Positions 1 through 9,024 of a DNA stretch of 49,673 nt are shown piece by piece; positions within the stretch are counted from its first letter, which is position 1, and each line of letters opens with the position of its first letter. A program made the position numbers and the translations under genes. Origin of the DNA: a virus (Duplodnaviria; Caudoviricetes); IMG/VR virus record IMGVR_UViG_3300017785_008123, positions 1 through 49,673 of that record, one strand, 5' to 3'. The notes under the pieces are model-generated. The model was not told the origin of the DNA, did no database searches, and saw only the letters and a program-made list of their open reading frames with translations.

Positions 1-95
1 CAGGCGGCGTCCCCGGCGGCGGCCCCGGCGGCGGCCCCGGCGGCGGCCCCGGCGGCGTCCCGGGCGGCGGCCCAGGCGGCCGCCCAGGCGGCGTA
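1..95. repeat. Imperfect 12-bp coding tandem repeat (gcggcggccccg)n
   Basis: Visible directly; encodes 4-aa AAxA units of the gene above. Confidence 0.85.
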
Positions 96-524
96 GCTCT
101 TGTCCCGCGCCGAGCGAACCACCGGCCCGGCAGCCTCAGCCGCCGCCTGGTCCACGATCCGCCGCAGGCCACGCAACTCCGCCGCAACCCCGGCCAGCTC
201 CGGCCGAAGATCGAGAAACGCCGGCGTGTACGTGCGGATCAACCAGTCCAGCGCCAGGAAACCGCGCGTCTCGTCGAGGCCATCGCCTTCGGTGCCGGGG
301 AGCAGCGGCACGAACCGCTTCAGCTCCTGCCGCCGGACATCGGGCAGGCAGTCGTTGAGGTTCCGCCCGTAAATGCCCAGCACCCGGGACACGCAGGAGG
401 GGGCGTCGGTGTGCGGCTCACCGGCCATGTAGGCGACGGCCTCCATCAGGCACAGGCCCGCGCCCGGGTCGGCGTGCGAGCCATTGTCGAGGTGCAGGGT
501 GGTCAGGTCGAGGGCGGTGGTCAT
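1..524 (-). CDS. Hypothetical phage protein with Ala-rich AAW/AAG/DAA repeats, truncated at window edge
   Basis: Read manually (not in ORF track): ATG at 524 after AAGGAG; MTTALDLTTLHLDNGSH...CLMEAVAYMAGEPHTDAPSCVS...YAAWAAAWAAARDAAGAAAG; frame open to base 1. Confidence 0.8.
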   Translation of the reverse strand, partial: MTTALDLTTLHLDNGSHADPGAGLCLMEAVAYMAGEPHTDAPSCVSRVLGIYGRNLNDCLPDVRRQELKRFVPLLPGTEGDGLDETRGFLALDWLIRTYTPAFLDLRPELAGVAAELRGLRRIVDQAAAEAAGPVVRSARDKSYAAWAAAWAAARDAAGAAAGAAAGAAAGDAA

Positions 525-586
525 CAGGTCTCCTTCAGCGGGTTGGGTGGGCAGTGCGTCGTGCTGGCCCCTCTGGGCTTCTGTGC

Positions 587-925
587 TCATTGTGCTGTCA
601 CCTCCACCTCGACGTCGTACTCCGGGCCGCCCCACGGACCGGCCGGGTGCACGATGGTGTTGATCGAGACCTCGACCGGGATCGGCCCGAAGTAGAGGTA
701 CTCCCAGAGGTCGCCTTGTTCCAGCGGATCGTGATGGCAGACCGGGCACTTCACACTGGCCCGACCTTCCTCGACGGACAGCTCGAACGGGTGCCGGCCG
801 CCGGTGAACTCCTCGCAGGACTCGCGGCGCCACATCTGCAGCGCCTCAGCCAGCTCGATGGCACCGAGGTACAGCCGTCGGTCCTCGGGAACGAACTCGT
901 GCTGCGGGTCGAAGAAGATGCTCAT
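587..925 (-). CDS. Hypothetical protein with CPVC motif
   Basis: MSIFFDPQHEF start overlaps upstream stop (ATGA). Confidence 0.65.
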   Translation of the reverse strand: MSIFFDPQHEFVPEDRRLYLGAIELAEALQMWRRESCEEFTGGRHPFELSVEEGRASVKCPVCHHDPLEQGDLWEYLYFGPIPVEVSINTIVHPAGPWGGPEYDVEVEVTAQ

Positions 926-1224
926 CGCTGGCGCACCTCGTTGATCGCGCCGTAGACGGCTGAGTTCTGGATGTAGTGCAGGCCGCCGAACTCCCAGGAG
1001 CCGAGGCGCTTGATCTCGTCCGAGACGTCGTCGAGCACGTCGGCCCGCAGCATCTTCAGCATCGGCAGGACCTCGGTCCACCGGCACCGGTCCCAGGGCG
1101 GGTTGCCGTCCTCGTCGTGCGTTCCGCAGAACCCGTCGCTCTCCAGGTCTTCGGTCATGCTGCTGAACCAGGGCACGAACTCGCAGCCGGCAGCCTTGAC
1201 CGCGATGGCCTGGATGTCGATCAC
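922..1224 (-). CDS. Hypothetical protein
   Basis: GTGA-coupled start VIDIQAIAVK in a tightly packed operon. Confidence 0.6.
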   Translation of the reverse strand: MIDIQAIAVKAAGCEFVPWFSSMTEDLESDGFCGTHDEDGNPPWDRCRWTEVLPMLKMLRADVLDDVSDEIKRLGSWEFGGLHYIQNSAVYGAINEVRQR

Positions 1225-1529
1225 GGCATGCCTGCCTTCTCGACCGCCGCGAACTCCTCGTCGGACAGCTCGAACTGTCGCACGTCGATGGTGAGCCACG
1301 GCGGCCCGGCCCACCGTTCTCCTCGGGCGGCGTAGCCGATGTAGTGATTCACCTCGGGACCGAGCAGCCGCCGCATGATGCCGGCGAGCGCGAGGTCGTC
1401 CTTCAGCTCGTCGAGCACGCGGGCGTGCTCCTCGGCACGAGCGTCGGCGAACTCCTGAATGACGTGCTTCAGGTCGGCGCCGTGAGTGAGTCCGAAGACC
1501 CGGGTGGCGTGCTCGGTGTCGGTGGTCAT
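1221..1529 (-). CDS. Hypothetical protein
   Basis: Coupled ORF with phage-like codon usage. Confidence 0.65.
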   Translation of the reverse strand: MTTDTEHATRVFGLTHGADLKHVIQEFADARAEEHARVLDELKDDLALAGIMRRLLGPEVNHYIGYAARGERWAGPPWLTIDVRQFELSDEEFAAVEKAGMP

Positions 1530-1990
1530 GCGTCGGTCCGCCAGGGCTTCGAGACGGTGACCCGGAAGCCGAAGGTGAGCCCGTCCGAGGTCCGGCCGTA
1601 CGCCTCGACCTCGTTGCCCAGCACGATGGTCTCGTCGATGTCGATGCCGTCGTCGTACATGCTGGTGATCGCGGACTGGACGGCCTTGGCGATGGTGCCG
1701 GGATCCGGCATCCGACGAGTCTCGGCCTGCGAGGCGGTCATCACCAGTTCGACGGCGTCGGCCGGGACGACGACGCTGCAGCCGTGCTCGTCGACCGCCT
1801 CGTAGAAGTCGACGGGGATCTCGTTCTGTTCGGGATCACCAGCCTCGAAAAACTGCTCGATGGTGATCTTCGTGTCCGGATAGCTGCGATGCGGCAGCAC
1901 GACCCAGCTCTCGTCGTCAGTCAAGGGTCGGGACATCCTGACGATGTCGCCGTCCGAGAAGCGCGTGATGTGCTCGGTGCCGGTGGTCAT
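1526..1990 (-). CDS. Hypothetical protein, probably leaderless
   Basis: ATG at 1990 directly follows TATGCT-GTTCAC. Confidence 0.7.
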   Translation of the reverse strand: MTTGTEHITRFSDGDIVRMSRPLTDDESWVVLPHRSYPDTKITIEQFFEAGDPEQNEIPVDFYEAVDEHGCSVVVPADAVELVMTASQAETRRMPDPGTIAKAVQSAITSMYDDGIDIDETIVLGNEVEAYGRTSDGLTFGFRVTVSKPWRTDA

Positions 1991-2002
1991 GTGAACAGCA
2001 TA
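1991..2002 (-). promoter_or_regulatory. Putative promoter motif TANNNT-GTTCAC (TATGCTGTTCAC)
   Basis: Same motif at 3132-3143, 9379-9393 and 19402-19416. Confidence 0.6.
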
Positions 2003-2007
2003 CGCAC

Positions 2008-2454
2008 TCAGAGGCGCGTGTCCAGGCACTCTCGATGCTCTGTGACGAAACGGTCCAGGCGCACCGGCTCCCCGCAGACCGGGCAGGGCCGCACGGCGAC
2101 GCCGTACCGGTGCTCGTGCAGCTTGCTGGCCAGCGTCTCCAGCTCGACGAGCATGTCCCCGGCCCACGGCTGCCGCATCGCCCAGTCCCAGTGCCGGGTA
2201 ATGAACGCGCTCTCCGTGGTGATCGAGCGGCCGGTGCTGGCGGGGATGCCCTTGCCCCAGCGGATCCGGCCCGCCCAGTAGGACAGCACCGCGAGCACGC
2301 CGGTGCGCGGATCGGTGAGGACGAGGACGTCGAGGTCGGCCGGCGCCCGGCGGCTCAGCGGGGTGGAGGTGCGACGGCCCTCGACCATGCCCCGCTCCCC
2401 GCGCTGCGGGGTGAGCCCGGCAGAGTCGGCGAGGATGTCCCCGAGCAGGCTCAT
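2008..2454 (-). CDS. Hypothetical protein with C-terminal CPVC zinc ribbon
   Basis: MSLLGDILAD...RPCPVCGEP. Confidence 0.65.
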   Translation of the reverse strand: MSLLGDILADSAGLTPQRGERGMVEGRRTSTPLSRRAPADLDVLVLTDPRTGVLAVLSYWAGRIRWGKGIPASTGRSITTESAFITRHWDWAMRQPWAGDMLVELETLASKLHEHRYGVAVRPCPVCGEPVRLDRFVTEHRECLDTRL

Positions 2455-2455
2455 G

Positions 2456-2740
2456 TCAGAACCGGACCGCCCGGCCGTTGGGGTCGACGATGGTGACCTC
2501 ACCCCGCAGGACGGCGAGCGCGAGCCCGGCCCGGGTCGCCTGGGCGGTCTTGGCGTAGATGCGCCGCATGTGCGTGCGGACGGTCTCCACCGACAGCTCG
2601 GGCTTCATCCGGCGGGCCACGGTCTCGTTGTCGGCGCCGTCCTTCAGGAAGTTGCCGAGCACCTCGATCTCGCGGAACGAGCACGGGGCGAACATGGTCT
2701 CGCCGTCAGGCGGGGCAACACGCAGTCGTGCCAGGGTCAC
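2456..2740 (-). CDS. LuxR/GerE-type HTH DNA-binding protein
   Basis: REIEVL...GADNETVARRM...LSVETVRTHMRRIYAK matches the LuxR HTH consensus. Confidence 0.85.
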   Translation of the reverse strand: MTLARLRVAPPDGETMFAPCSFREIEVLGNFLKDGADNETVARRMKPELSVETVRTHMRRIYAKTAQATRAGLALAVLRGEVTIVDPNGRAVRF

Positions 2741-2934
2741 CCTTCGGAGGCTACCGGGGGATGGTGCCTCTCCGCCGCAGCGACCGCATCTTCGGGGTTC
2801 GGGTGACCCTCACCGCTGCCGACGATCTCGTTGTTCCCGGCGGCACGGACTCGCCACCGGTAGTCGCCGTCACCATCCAGGTACACCTCGACGGTGTCAC
2901 CGTGGTCGGTCGTCCAGCTCTGGTAGTGACTCAT
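2737..2934 (-). CDS. DUF1508/YegP-like small protein
   Basis: EVYLDGDGDYRWRVRAAGNNEIVGSGEGH motif. Confidence 0.75.
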   Translation of the reverse strand: MSHYQSWTTDHGDTVEVYLDGDGDYRWRVRAAGNNEIVGSGEGHPNPEDAVAAAERHHPPVASEG

Positions 2935-3131
2935 GTCGACGGCTTCTTCCTCTTCGGGCGGCCGGCGTACCAGACCCGGATTGCGTCCAGGTCGTAGATC
3001 CGGCCGCACTCCAGGGTCGCTACCGGCTCGGGGAACTCGTTGCCCTCGGCCCGGCGAACGTCCCACATGGAGACGGTGCTGCGTGCGACCCCGAGGTCCT
3101 TGCTGATCTCGAAGACCCCGGCCAGTTCCAC
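2931..3131 (-). CDS. Small HTH (excisionase/AlpA-like) DNA-binding protein
   Basis: GVFEISKDLGVARSTVSMW...FPEP...RIYDLDAIRVW. Confidence 0.75.
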   Translation of the reverse strand: MELAGVFEISKDLGVARSTVSMWDVRRAEGNEFPEPVATLECGRIYDLDAIRVWYAGRPKRKKPST

Positions 3132-3143
3132 GTGAACACCCTA
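3132..3143 (-). promoter_or_regulatory. Putative leaderless promoter TAGGGT-GTTCAC-GTG
   Basis: -10-like hexamer 6 nt upstream of the start codon; repeated motif. Confidence 0.6.
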
Positions 3144-3662
3144 CTCGATCACGTTCGGTGGCGGCCACGTTCCGCCAGCAGCCATCCTCCGGAAGGGCCA
3201 CCGCTGTAGGTAGGCGGCGCCCCGGCCGAAGTACGCGGGCATCGAGCGGGCGTGGGCCAGCACGTCGTTGCACGGACCGCAGACCAGCCCACGGACGCAG
3301 TTCGGGCAGCCCTTGTCCGGGTGATGGCCGTCGAGCATCGCCTGCTGGTGATCGTGGTCGACGGCCAAGCGCTTCTTCCCGGCGCCGGTGGCCACCCGAC
3401 AGAGCGCGCACTTCCCGCCCTGGAACATGTACAGCTCGTCGTACTGCTCGGGCGTCAGACCGTAGGTCTTCTCGACGTGCCGCCCCTTGGCCGCCAGCCG
3501 GGTGTCCCGTTTCTTCTTGTTGTGGTGCGTGGTGCAGCGCGGCCCCCGGTGCGGCGCTGGTCGCCGGGTGGTGATGCCCTCGGCCAAGCAGTCGACGCAG
3601 ACCTTGCCCGGCGTCGGCTTCTGCTTCGGATAGGTCCATTTCTGCGGTCTCGCGGTGGTCAC
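3141..3662 (-). CDS. Recombination endonuclease VII family protein
   Basis: YGLTPEQY...QGGKCALC...LAVDHDH...VRGLVCGPCN. Confidence 0.9.
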   Translation of the reverse strand: MTTARPQKWTYPKQKPTPGKVCVDCLAEGITTRRPAPHRGPRCTTHHNKKKRDTRLAAKGRHVEKTYGLTPEQYDELYMFQGGKCALCRVATGAGKKRLAVDHDHQQAMLDGHHPDKGCPNCVRGLVCGPCNDVLAHARSMPAYFGRGAAYLQRWPFRRMAAGGTWPPPNVIE

Positions 3663-4171
3663 TTCGTCCTGCTTCCCACGAGCCAGAGGTCGCGCTTGTA
3701 GACCCGGTACTCAGTCCGGACCTCGTACAAGCCGGACGGACGATCCGGAGTCGCGAGCACGATCGGTTCCGTGAGCCGATCGAGCGAGGTCTGCCAGAGA
3801 TCCCACTCCCCCGCGTGCCCCCGTCCGTCAAGCGTCAGGGACCAAGCCCACGACGGCGAGTCTGCGAAACACACACACGGTGCGCCCATCTCGCTCGACG
3901 TCGTCGGCCGCATCCCGGGCCGAAGACCATACCGATTGATTTGACCTCTACGCGTGCTCGGTGCCCAGTGATAGAGCCACCGGTAGGGCTCGTACGCGAG
4001 AAGTGCATCCTGCGTCTCTTGCCGATGGCGCTCGATGAACTCCAGATGATCGAGCGGGGTCTCCCCACACTCCGGGCACGGGGTGAGCACCTTCATGCCA
4101 ACGCGAAGGTGCTCATCCTCATCGGCCTCTTCGATCAGCACCTCGGGGAACTGGCAGTCGTGCACGCTCAC
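3659..4171 (-). CDS. Hypothetical protein: CPEC zinc ribbon plus possible ADP-ribosyltransferase-like domain
   Basis: LYHW...INRYGLRPG...VCFADSP resembles ART/Tpt1-fold motifs; GTGA-coupled start. Confidence 0.55.
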   Translation of the reverse strand: MSVHDCQFPEVLIEEADEDEHLRVGMKVLTPCPECGETPLDHLEFIERHRQETQDALLAYEPYRWLYHWAPSTRRGQINRYGLRPGMRPTTSSEMGAPCVCFADSPSWAWSLTLDGRGHAGEWDLWQTSLDRLTEPIVLATPDRPSGLYEVRTEYRVYKRDLWLVGSRTK

Positions 4172-4344
4172 GCCGCGACCAGCTTCCGGTTGACCGGCAC
4201 GCCGGCCTCGCCTCGCGAGAGCAGGTACGAGCCCTTTGTCGGCACGTCGGAGACGAACCGGGCGACGTGGAAGTTCTCCACCGATCGAGGGTCGTGGTCT
4301 TCGGACGGGTGGTGGTCGAGGACACGGTGCAGGGAAGAGGTCAC
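4168..4344 (-). CDS. Hypothetical 58-aa protein
   Basis: Read manually: MTSSLHRVLDHHPSEDH...KLVAA; coupled at both ends. Confidence 0.6.
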   Translation of the reverse strand: MTSSLHRVLDHHPSEDHDPRSVENFHVARFVSDVPTKGSYLLSRGEAGVPVNRKLVAA

Positions 4345-4817
4345 TCGGGCTTCCTGATCTCGAAGCGCGCCTCGGATCCGTCGGCACGGGTGAAGGTGCG
4401 GTATTCGGTGCCGGTGTAGGCCGGCGGCTGGCGCTCGTTCTTCAGCTTGTCGTTCTCGACCGCCAGCGGCATCCCGTTGGGCTCGGTCGCCGGCACCGCC
4501 GGGAACTCGTCGGTCTCCTCCTCGGCTGGCTGATTCCGGGGCACCGGGCTGGGACGAGGTGTCGGCCCGTGGTCGATGCGCCGCGAGACCAGAGAGACCT
4601 CGGGGTACTGCTCGACCCCCTCCTCGTGATGCTCGTCGGCGAACGACGGAGTCAGCCGGTCCTCGATCGAGTCGAGCCGATCCTTCATCGTGGCGTACTG
4701 CCCACCGACGAAGAAGCCCACGAAGAGGGCGGCGACAGTGAGTACGAAGCAGGCGACCAGCGCGAGCGACTCGGTGTTGCTCAGGCCGGTGTCCGGCGCC
4801 TCGATCCCCAGGATCAT
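4341..4817 (-). CDS. Membrane-anchored hypothetical protein
   Basis: N-terminal hydrophobic helix LALVACFVLTVAALFVGFFVGG. Confidence 0.7.
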   Translation of the reverse strand: MILGIEAPDTGLSNTESLALVACFVLTVAALFVGFFVGGQYATMKDRLDSIEDRLTPSFADEHHEEGVEQYPEVSLVSRRIDHGPTPRPSPVPRNQPAEEETDEFPAVPATEPNGMPLAVENDKLKNERQPPAYTGTEYRTFTRADGSEARFEIRKPE

Positions 4818-5458
4818 GGCTCGGTGCCCGGTTCCTCGATGGCGACGTCGATGATCTCCTCGATCACGTCAGGTTCCTCCGTCTCGGTCGGCTCCGGCGT
4901 CTCGGTGGGTGCCGGGGTCTCGGTCGACGGGGGAGCGTCGGTGGTCGGTGCTGCGGGCTCGGTCAGCGGCCCCTCGGCGGTCGGCTCGGTCGGAGGTACG
5001 GCTTCGTCGACCGCTGGAGCCTCCGTCACCGCTGGCAAGCCAACGGAACTTGTGGCGGGGGTGCGACGCTCCAAGCGGGAGACCGGTTCGGTTGGAGCGT
5101 CGAGGACCTCCGGGTCGTAGTGCGGCACCGGGAACGGTGCCAGGGTGGGCAGGATCGCCTTCGGGAAGTGGTCCTCGGCCTCGGCGATCGACGGTGCACG
5201 GCGAGTGGGGGTCGGTTCCGAGGCGCCGGGATCACTCACCTCGGACGCGGCCACCTTCGGCGCCCAGTCCTGCAGCGCGTCGGTGAGTGGTGCCGCGACG
5301 ATGAGCATCCCAGCGCTGCCAGCGATGAGGATGTGGCTCAGCGGCCATCGAGGGGGAACCGGCTCCGGCGAGCGGTGTTGTCCGTTCACGGCGACCAGAC
5401 TACGGCGGTTGTCACGCCGGGTCCCTTCGCCGACGGATCGAGACGCATCCACCACCAC
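4814..5458 (-). CDS. Membrane-anchored Pro/Thr/Glu-rich protein
   Basis: Hydrophobic stretch followed by PTE/TEP repeats; start uncertain. Confidence 0.65.
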   Translation of the reverse strand: MVVDASRSVGEGTRRDNRRSLVAVNGQHRSPEPVPPRWPLSHILIAGSAGMLIVAAPLTDALQDWAPKVAASEVSDPGASEPTPTRRAPSIAEAEDHFPKAILPTLAPFPVPHYDPEVLDAPTEPVSRLERRTPATSSVGLPAVTEAPAVDEAVPPTEPTAEGPLTEPAAPTTDAPPSTETPAPTETPEPTETEEPDVIEEIIDVAIEEPGTEP

Positions 5459-5497
5459 GTGTAGAAGCCGTCACCCCCCGGTAGAGGGCTCGCGAGT

Positions 5498-5587
5498 TCA
5501 CGGCGTCCACCCGCCGTACGTCCAGCAGACGAGGATGAACGCGACCAGTGCGACACCGATCAGGATGTCCCGCCAGCGGGCGGTCAC
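5498..5587 (-). CDS. Small single-TM peptide
   Basis: VTARWRDILIGVALVAFILVCWTYGGWTP, GTGA-coupled. Confidence 0.5.
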   Translation of the reverse strand: MTARWRDILIGVALVAFILVCWTYGGWTP

Positions 5588-5844
5588 CGGGCCATCTCCC
5601 TCAACCGGGCGACGGTCCGGTCCCGCTCGATGCCCCAGCTCTGCCGGAGCGGTGCGAGCAACGAGTTCGAGGTCGCTGACTCCAGCAGCTCGATCGCTCG
5701 CTGAAGGGTCTCGCGATCGTCGGCGACCTCGATCTCGGTCAACCGCCCGTGGAGTCGCTGGCGGTACTCGTCGCACGCTGAGCACTGACCGGGCGGCTTG
5801 ATGTCCCGGGTCATGTGGTTGTGGAGACGATTCAGGTCGCTCAC
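5584..5844 (-). CDS. Hypothetical protein
   Basis: VSDLNRLHNHMTRDIKPPGQCSACD, coupled to polymerase stop. Confidence 0.6.
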   Translation of the reverse strand: MSDLNRLHNHMTRDIKPPGQCSACDEYRQRLHGRLTEIEVADDRETLQRAIELLESATSNSLLAPLRQSWGIERDRTVARLREMAR

Positions 5845-7751
5845 GCCGCCGCCTCCTTCGCGATCTTCTCGGCGAGCTTGCCGGTCATCCACCGGGAGAC
5901 ACCGTCCTCGTCGCGCAGGACGATGGCGTCGGCCTCGACGGGCACTCCCCGGAAGTGCATCCGCATCGAGTCCTCGACGTCGGCGATCACAGCCTCGACC
6001 TCCGCATCGGGCACCTGCAGGACGAGTTCGTCATGTACCGGCAGCCATACGACCCCGGGTCGATTGTGGCCGTCTTCGAGACGGATCCAGGCGTCGACCA
6101 GCACCTCACGGGCGGCGGACTGGACGGCGTAGTTGATGTTGGCGTAGGACCGGATGTCTCCGGCATTGGCGCCACGTCCCTTCACCCGGGTGACCGGGAG
6201 CCGACGGTTCGAGATGGTGCGGATTGCCTCGCGCTCCATGCCGAGGTACATCGAGAGCGCGCTGATCGAGGGGTACCGGTCTCGCCAGGCACGGATGATG
6301 TTCTGCGCCTCGTCGAGCGGGATGCCGGTCTGCTGCCACAGCGCCGAGGCGCCGCCGCCGTAGACGATGAGGAAGTTGACGATCTTCGCCTGGTCACGGG
6401 TGATGGTGACCCCGGCCTCGGCCAGCTCGTCGACCGTGAGCTGGTGCAGGTCGCCGCCGGCCAGGATCGTCTCGATCATCTTGTCCTCGCGAGCGAGGGC
6501 AGCCACCACGCGCAGCTCGATCTGCGCGAAGTCGCACGTGACGAAGGTGTGACCCGGCTCGGGGAGGAACAGCCCGCGCATCCGGGGGTCTCGCTTGCTG
6601 AAGTTCTGCACGTTGGGGCCGGAGGAGGACATGCGCGCCGTCGTGCTCGCGCCGATCGGGTTGAGCTGCGGGTGAATCCGGTGGATGCCGTCGTCGTGCA
6701 GCACGAGGCGCCGGGTGATGTCGTCGGTCTTGCGGAGCAGGTCGAGGTGACCCTTCTGCTGCTGCATCAGGCCGACGACCTCGTAGAACACCGGCTCCAG
6801 CATCGCCATGTCGGCGAGCAGCTTCAGGTTGTCCCCGGCCAGCGACGGCATGCCCTTCGGCGTCCGGGCGCCCTCCCAGGTGTCCCAGTTGACGCCCTGC
6901 CCGGCGAGCCAGTCGAGGATCTTCGGCCCGTTGATGTTGACGCCGCCGGTCAACTCCTCGGCCTTGCTCTTGGCCTCGCCAGTCACAGACGTTGCCTCGT
7001 CGTGCAGGGCCTTCAGCGCATCGACGTCGATCCGCTTGCCGGCGATCTGCTGCCGGTTGGCGCGGACCGAGCACCACTGGTCGATGCGGATGACCTCCGG
7101 CGGGTTCTGCGTCGCGGCGGTGAGCAGCGGCGCCAGCCGACGGACGGCGATGGCGTCGAGCCCGGCATACCGGACGAAGACCTCCGGCCACTCCTCGGCG
7201 GGCATGGTGGCGAGCGCGTTCCAGCCCGCTTCCTCGATGTCGGACCGCTTGGCGTTCTTCCGACCGCCACCGGCCACCCACCGGTCGACCATCCACGCGT
7301 GCAGCTCGGCATCGGCCTGCTCCAGCTCGGGCATGCCGTACTTGGTGGCCAGCGTCTTCAGGTCCCGGTCGTCGTCCTTGTCCGGGTCGGCCTGGATGGC
7401 GAGCATCCGGGTGTCGACGTTGCGGTGCGTGATGTCGATCCCGAGTCCCCGCCAGACGGCGAGCACGTCCATCGGCGTGTGCGAGGCGAAGGTGACCTGC
7501 GGCTCGCTCAGCATGTACTCGGCCGCCTCGCGCTGAGCCACGTCCTGCAGGTCGAGGACCCACGCCTCGTCTTCGGTGCCGAACTGCGCGAGCCGCACCA
7601 TGAAATCGGGATCGAACTGGCCCCGGTCCGTCATGTAGGTCGACTCGACGTCGAGCCCGAGCAGGATCGGCAGCGTCAGGGCGCCGAAGGTCGAGCCGCC
7701 GTGGTGGATGGTGACCGGCTGGCCGCCCAGCGTCGCGGTGAACGTAGTCAC
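5841..7751 (-). CDS. polA: DNA polymerase family A (3'-5' exonuclease plus polymerase)
   Basis: Exo I GLDVES; TARMSSSGPNVQN; motif A DFAQIELRV; motif B RDQAKIVNFLIVYG; motif C VHDEL. Confidence 0.95.
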   Translation of the reverse strand: MTTFTATLGGQPVTIHHGGSTFGALTLPILLGLDVESTYMTDRGQFDPDFMVRLAQFGTEDEAWVLDLQDVAQREAAEYMLSEPQVTFASHTPMDVLAVWRGLGIDITHRNVDTRMLAIQADPDKDDDRDLKTLATKYGMPELEQADAELHAWMVDRWVAGGGRKNAKRSDIEEAGWNALATMPAEEWPEVFVRYAGLDAIAVRRLAPLLTAATQNPPEVIRIDQWCSVRANRQQIAGKRIDVDALKALHDEATSVTGEAKSKAEELTGGVNINGPKILDWLAGQGVNWDTWEGARTPKGMPSLAGDNLKLLADMAMLEPVFYEVVGLMQQQKGHLDLLRKTDDITRRLVLHDDGIHRIHPQLNPIGASTTARMSSSGPNVQNFSKRDPRMRGLFLPEPGHTFVTCDFAQIELRVVAALAREDKMIETILAGGDLHQLTVDELAEAGVTITRDQAKIVNFLIVYGGGASALWQQTGIPLDEAQNIIRAWRDRYPSISALSMYLGMEREAIRTISNRRLPVTRVKGRGANAGDIRSYANINYAVQSAAREVLVDAWIRLEDGHNRPGVVWLPVHDELVLQVPDAEVEAVIADVEDSMRMHFRGVPVEADAIVLRDEDGVSRWMTGKLAEKIAKEAAA

Positions 7752-8245
7752 TGCCCCCACCACCGGATCGGCTGTGTGTCGCCCTTGACATAGAGCGGGT
7801 GCTTCGGCGCGCCGGAACCAGTGACTCCGACGCACTCGATCATTCCCGACGTGAGAGCACGGACCTGCTGAGCGCGGCGCTCGGCCATGCCGTGTGCGCC
7901 CCAGCCAGCCACAACTCGGCCGCCTGCGATCCGGGCAGCGTCGAACGCCTGACGGAGATAGCGATCATTCTCCGGGCCGATCGGATCGGTCGCCTTCAGC
8001 AGCTCCTTCGGGTTGGTGGCCCGCAGAGCGAAGAGGTTGACGACGGTGATGCCGCCCGCTCCCCAGCCCTTCGAGAAGCCGATGCACCGACGGATCGTCG
8101 GGTCGTCGATCGTCGCGTCGGCGATCGACGGGTTGAGCATCACCCAGACATCAGCGGGACGAATGGAGTTCCAGGTGCGAGTGAGCATGTACCGGTAAGC
8201 GCCGTCCTCGCTGAGGATGGCGTCCTTCTCGATGGTGCTGGTCAT
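7748..8245 (-). CDS. DUF1643 domain protein
   Basis: YRYMLTRTW...VMLNPSIADATIDDPTIRRC...VNLFALRATNP...PKHPLY. Confidence 0.9.
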   Translation of the reverse strand: MTSTIEKDAILSEDGAYRYMLTRTWNSIRPADVWVMLNPSIADATIDDPTIRRCIGFSKGWGAGGITVVNLFALRATNPKELLKATDPIGPENDRYLRQAFDAARIAGGRVVAGWGAHGMAERRAQQVRALTSGMIECVGVTGSGAPKHPLYVKGDTQPIRWWGQ

Positions 8246-8340
8246 CGGTTCCTCCGTCGGTGGGCGCGCTCGTACCAGCGGCCGACGACGAAGCCGCCTG
8301 CCACGGGAAGCGCGAGGGAGAGCACGTACATGAGGGTCAT
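8242..8340 (-). CDS. Small single-TM peptide
   Basis: MTLMYVLSLALPVAGGFVVGRWYER. Confidence 0.5.
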   Translation of the reverse strand: MTLMYVLSLALPVAGGFVVGRWYERAHRRRNR

Positions 8341-8342
8341 GG

Positions 8343-8585
8343 CTACAGCCAGACGGCGAGCGCGACGTAACCGATGCCGGTCGCGACGTGGTCGGAGCCG
8401 GAGGTGGGGTGCGTGCCCTCGTGGTGGCCGGCAGCCCGGGTGCACGCGTGCTTCGGGTTCTCCGGGTGGTGCCGACCGCAGATCGGCACACGGGCGTGAT
8501 AAGCGGCCCGGGAGGCGACATCGTGGTCGCCGGGCTGGATCCGGCGGGGCTTCTTCAACTGCTCGGCGGCAGTCCTCTTGGTCAC
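8343..8585 (-). CDS. Hypothetical protein with Cys/His motif
   Basis: CTRAAGHHEGTH. Confidence 0.6.
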   Translation of the reverse strand: MTKRTAAEQLKKPRRIQPGDHDVASRAAYHARVPICGRHHPENPKHACTRAAGHHEGTHPTSGSDHVATGIGYVALAVWL

Positions 8586-8797
8586 GCTTCCTCCACTTCG
8601 GGCGAGAGGACGGTGTAGCCGAGCCGCTCCAGCTCGATGATCGCGGCCTGCCGAACCGCCTGGTCGACGAGGCTCTTGCGGACCTCGATCGCCGAGGAGA
8701 TGCCCGCGTCCATGAAGTCCTTGACGATCACTCGGCCCTTCTCGCCGTCGTAGACGACGGTGAAGATCTGGTCGTCGTTGGGGTCGGGCAGGCTCAT
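8582..8797 (-). CDS. Hypothetical protein
   Basis: MSLPDPNDDQIF, coupled. Confidence 0.6.
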   Translation of the reverse strand: MSLPDPNDDQIFTVVYDGEKGRVIVKDFMDAGISSAIEVRKSLVDQAVRQAAIIELERLGYTVLSPEVEEA

Positions 8798-9024
8798 CGG
8801 AGCACCTCTCGCATCGTCATGCCGTATCGGGCGATGGACCGGTCGAAGGACTCCGGCCGGTATAGGAACGCCCAGGCCGTGCCGTAGGCGACGACGACCT
8901 TGGTGCGGGCCTCGATCTCCTGGTCGTGCTCGGACTGGTCGGCGCTGACCTTGACCTCGGAGTACTGACCGGCGTTCGGACCGCCGATGCCGAAGGTGAC
9001 GAACCACGTCGCGGTGTCGTTCAC
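8794..9024 (-). CDS. Hypothetical protein
   Basis: VNDTATWFVTFG...YGTAWAFLY, coupled. Confidence 0.6.
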   Translation of the reverse strand: MNDTATWFVTFGIGGPNAGQYSEVKVSADQSEHDQEIEARTKVVVAYGTAWAFLYRPESFDRSIARYGMTMREVLR

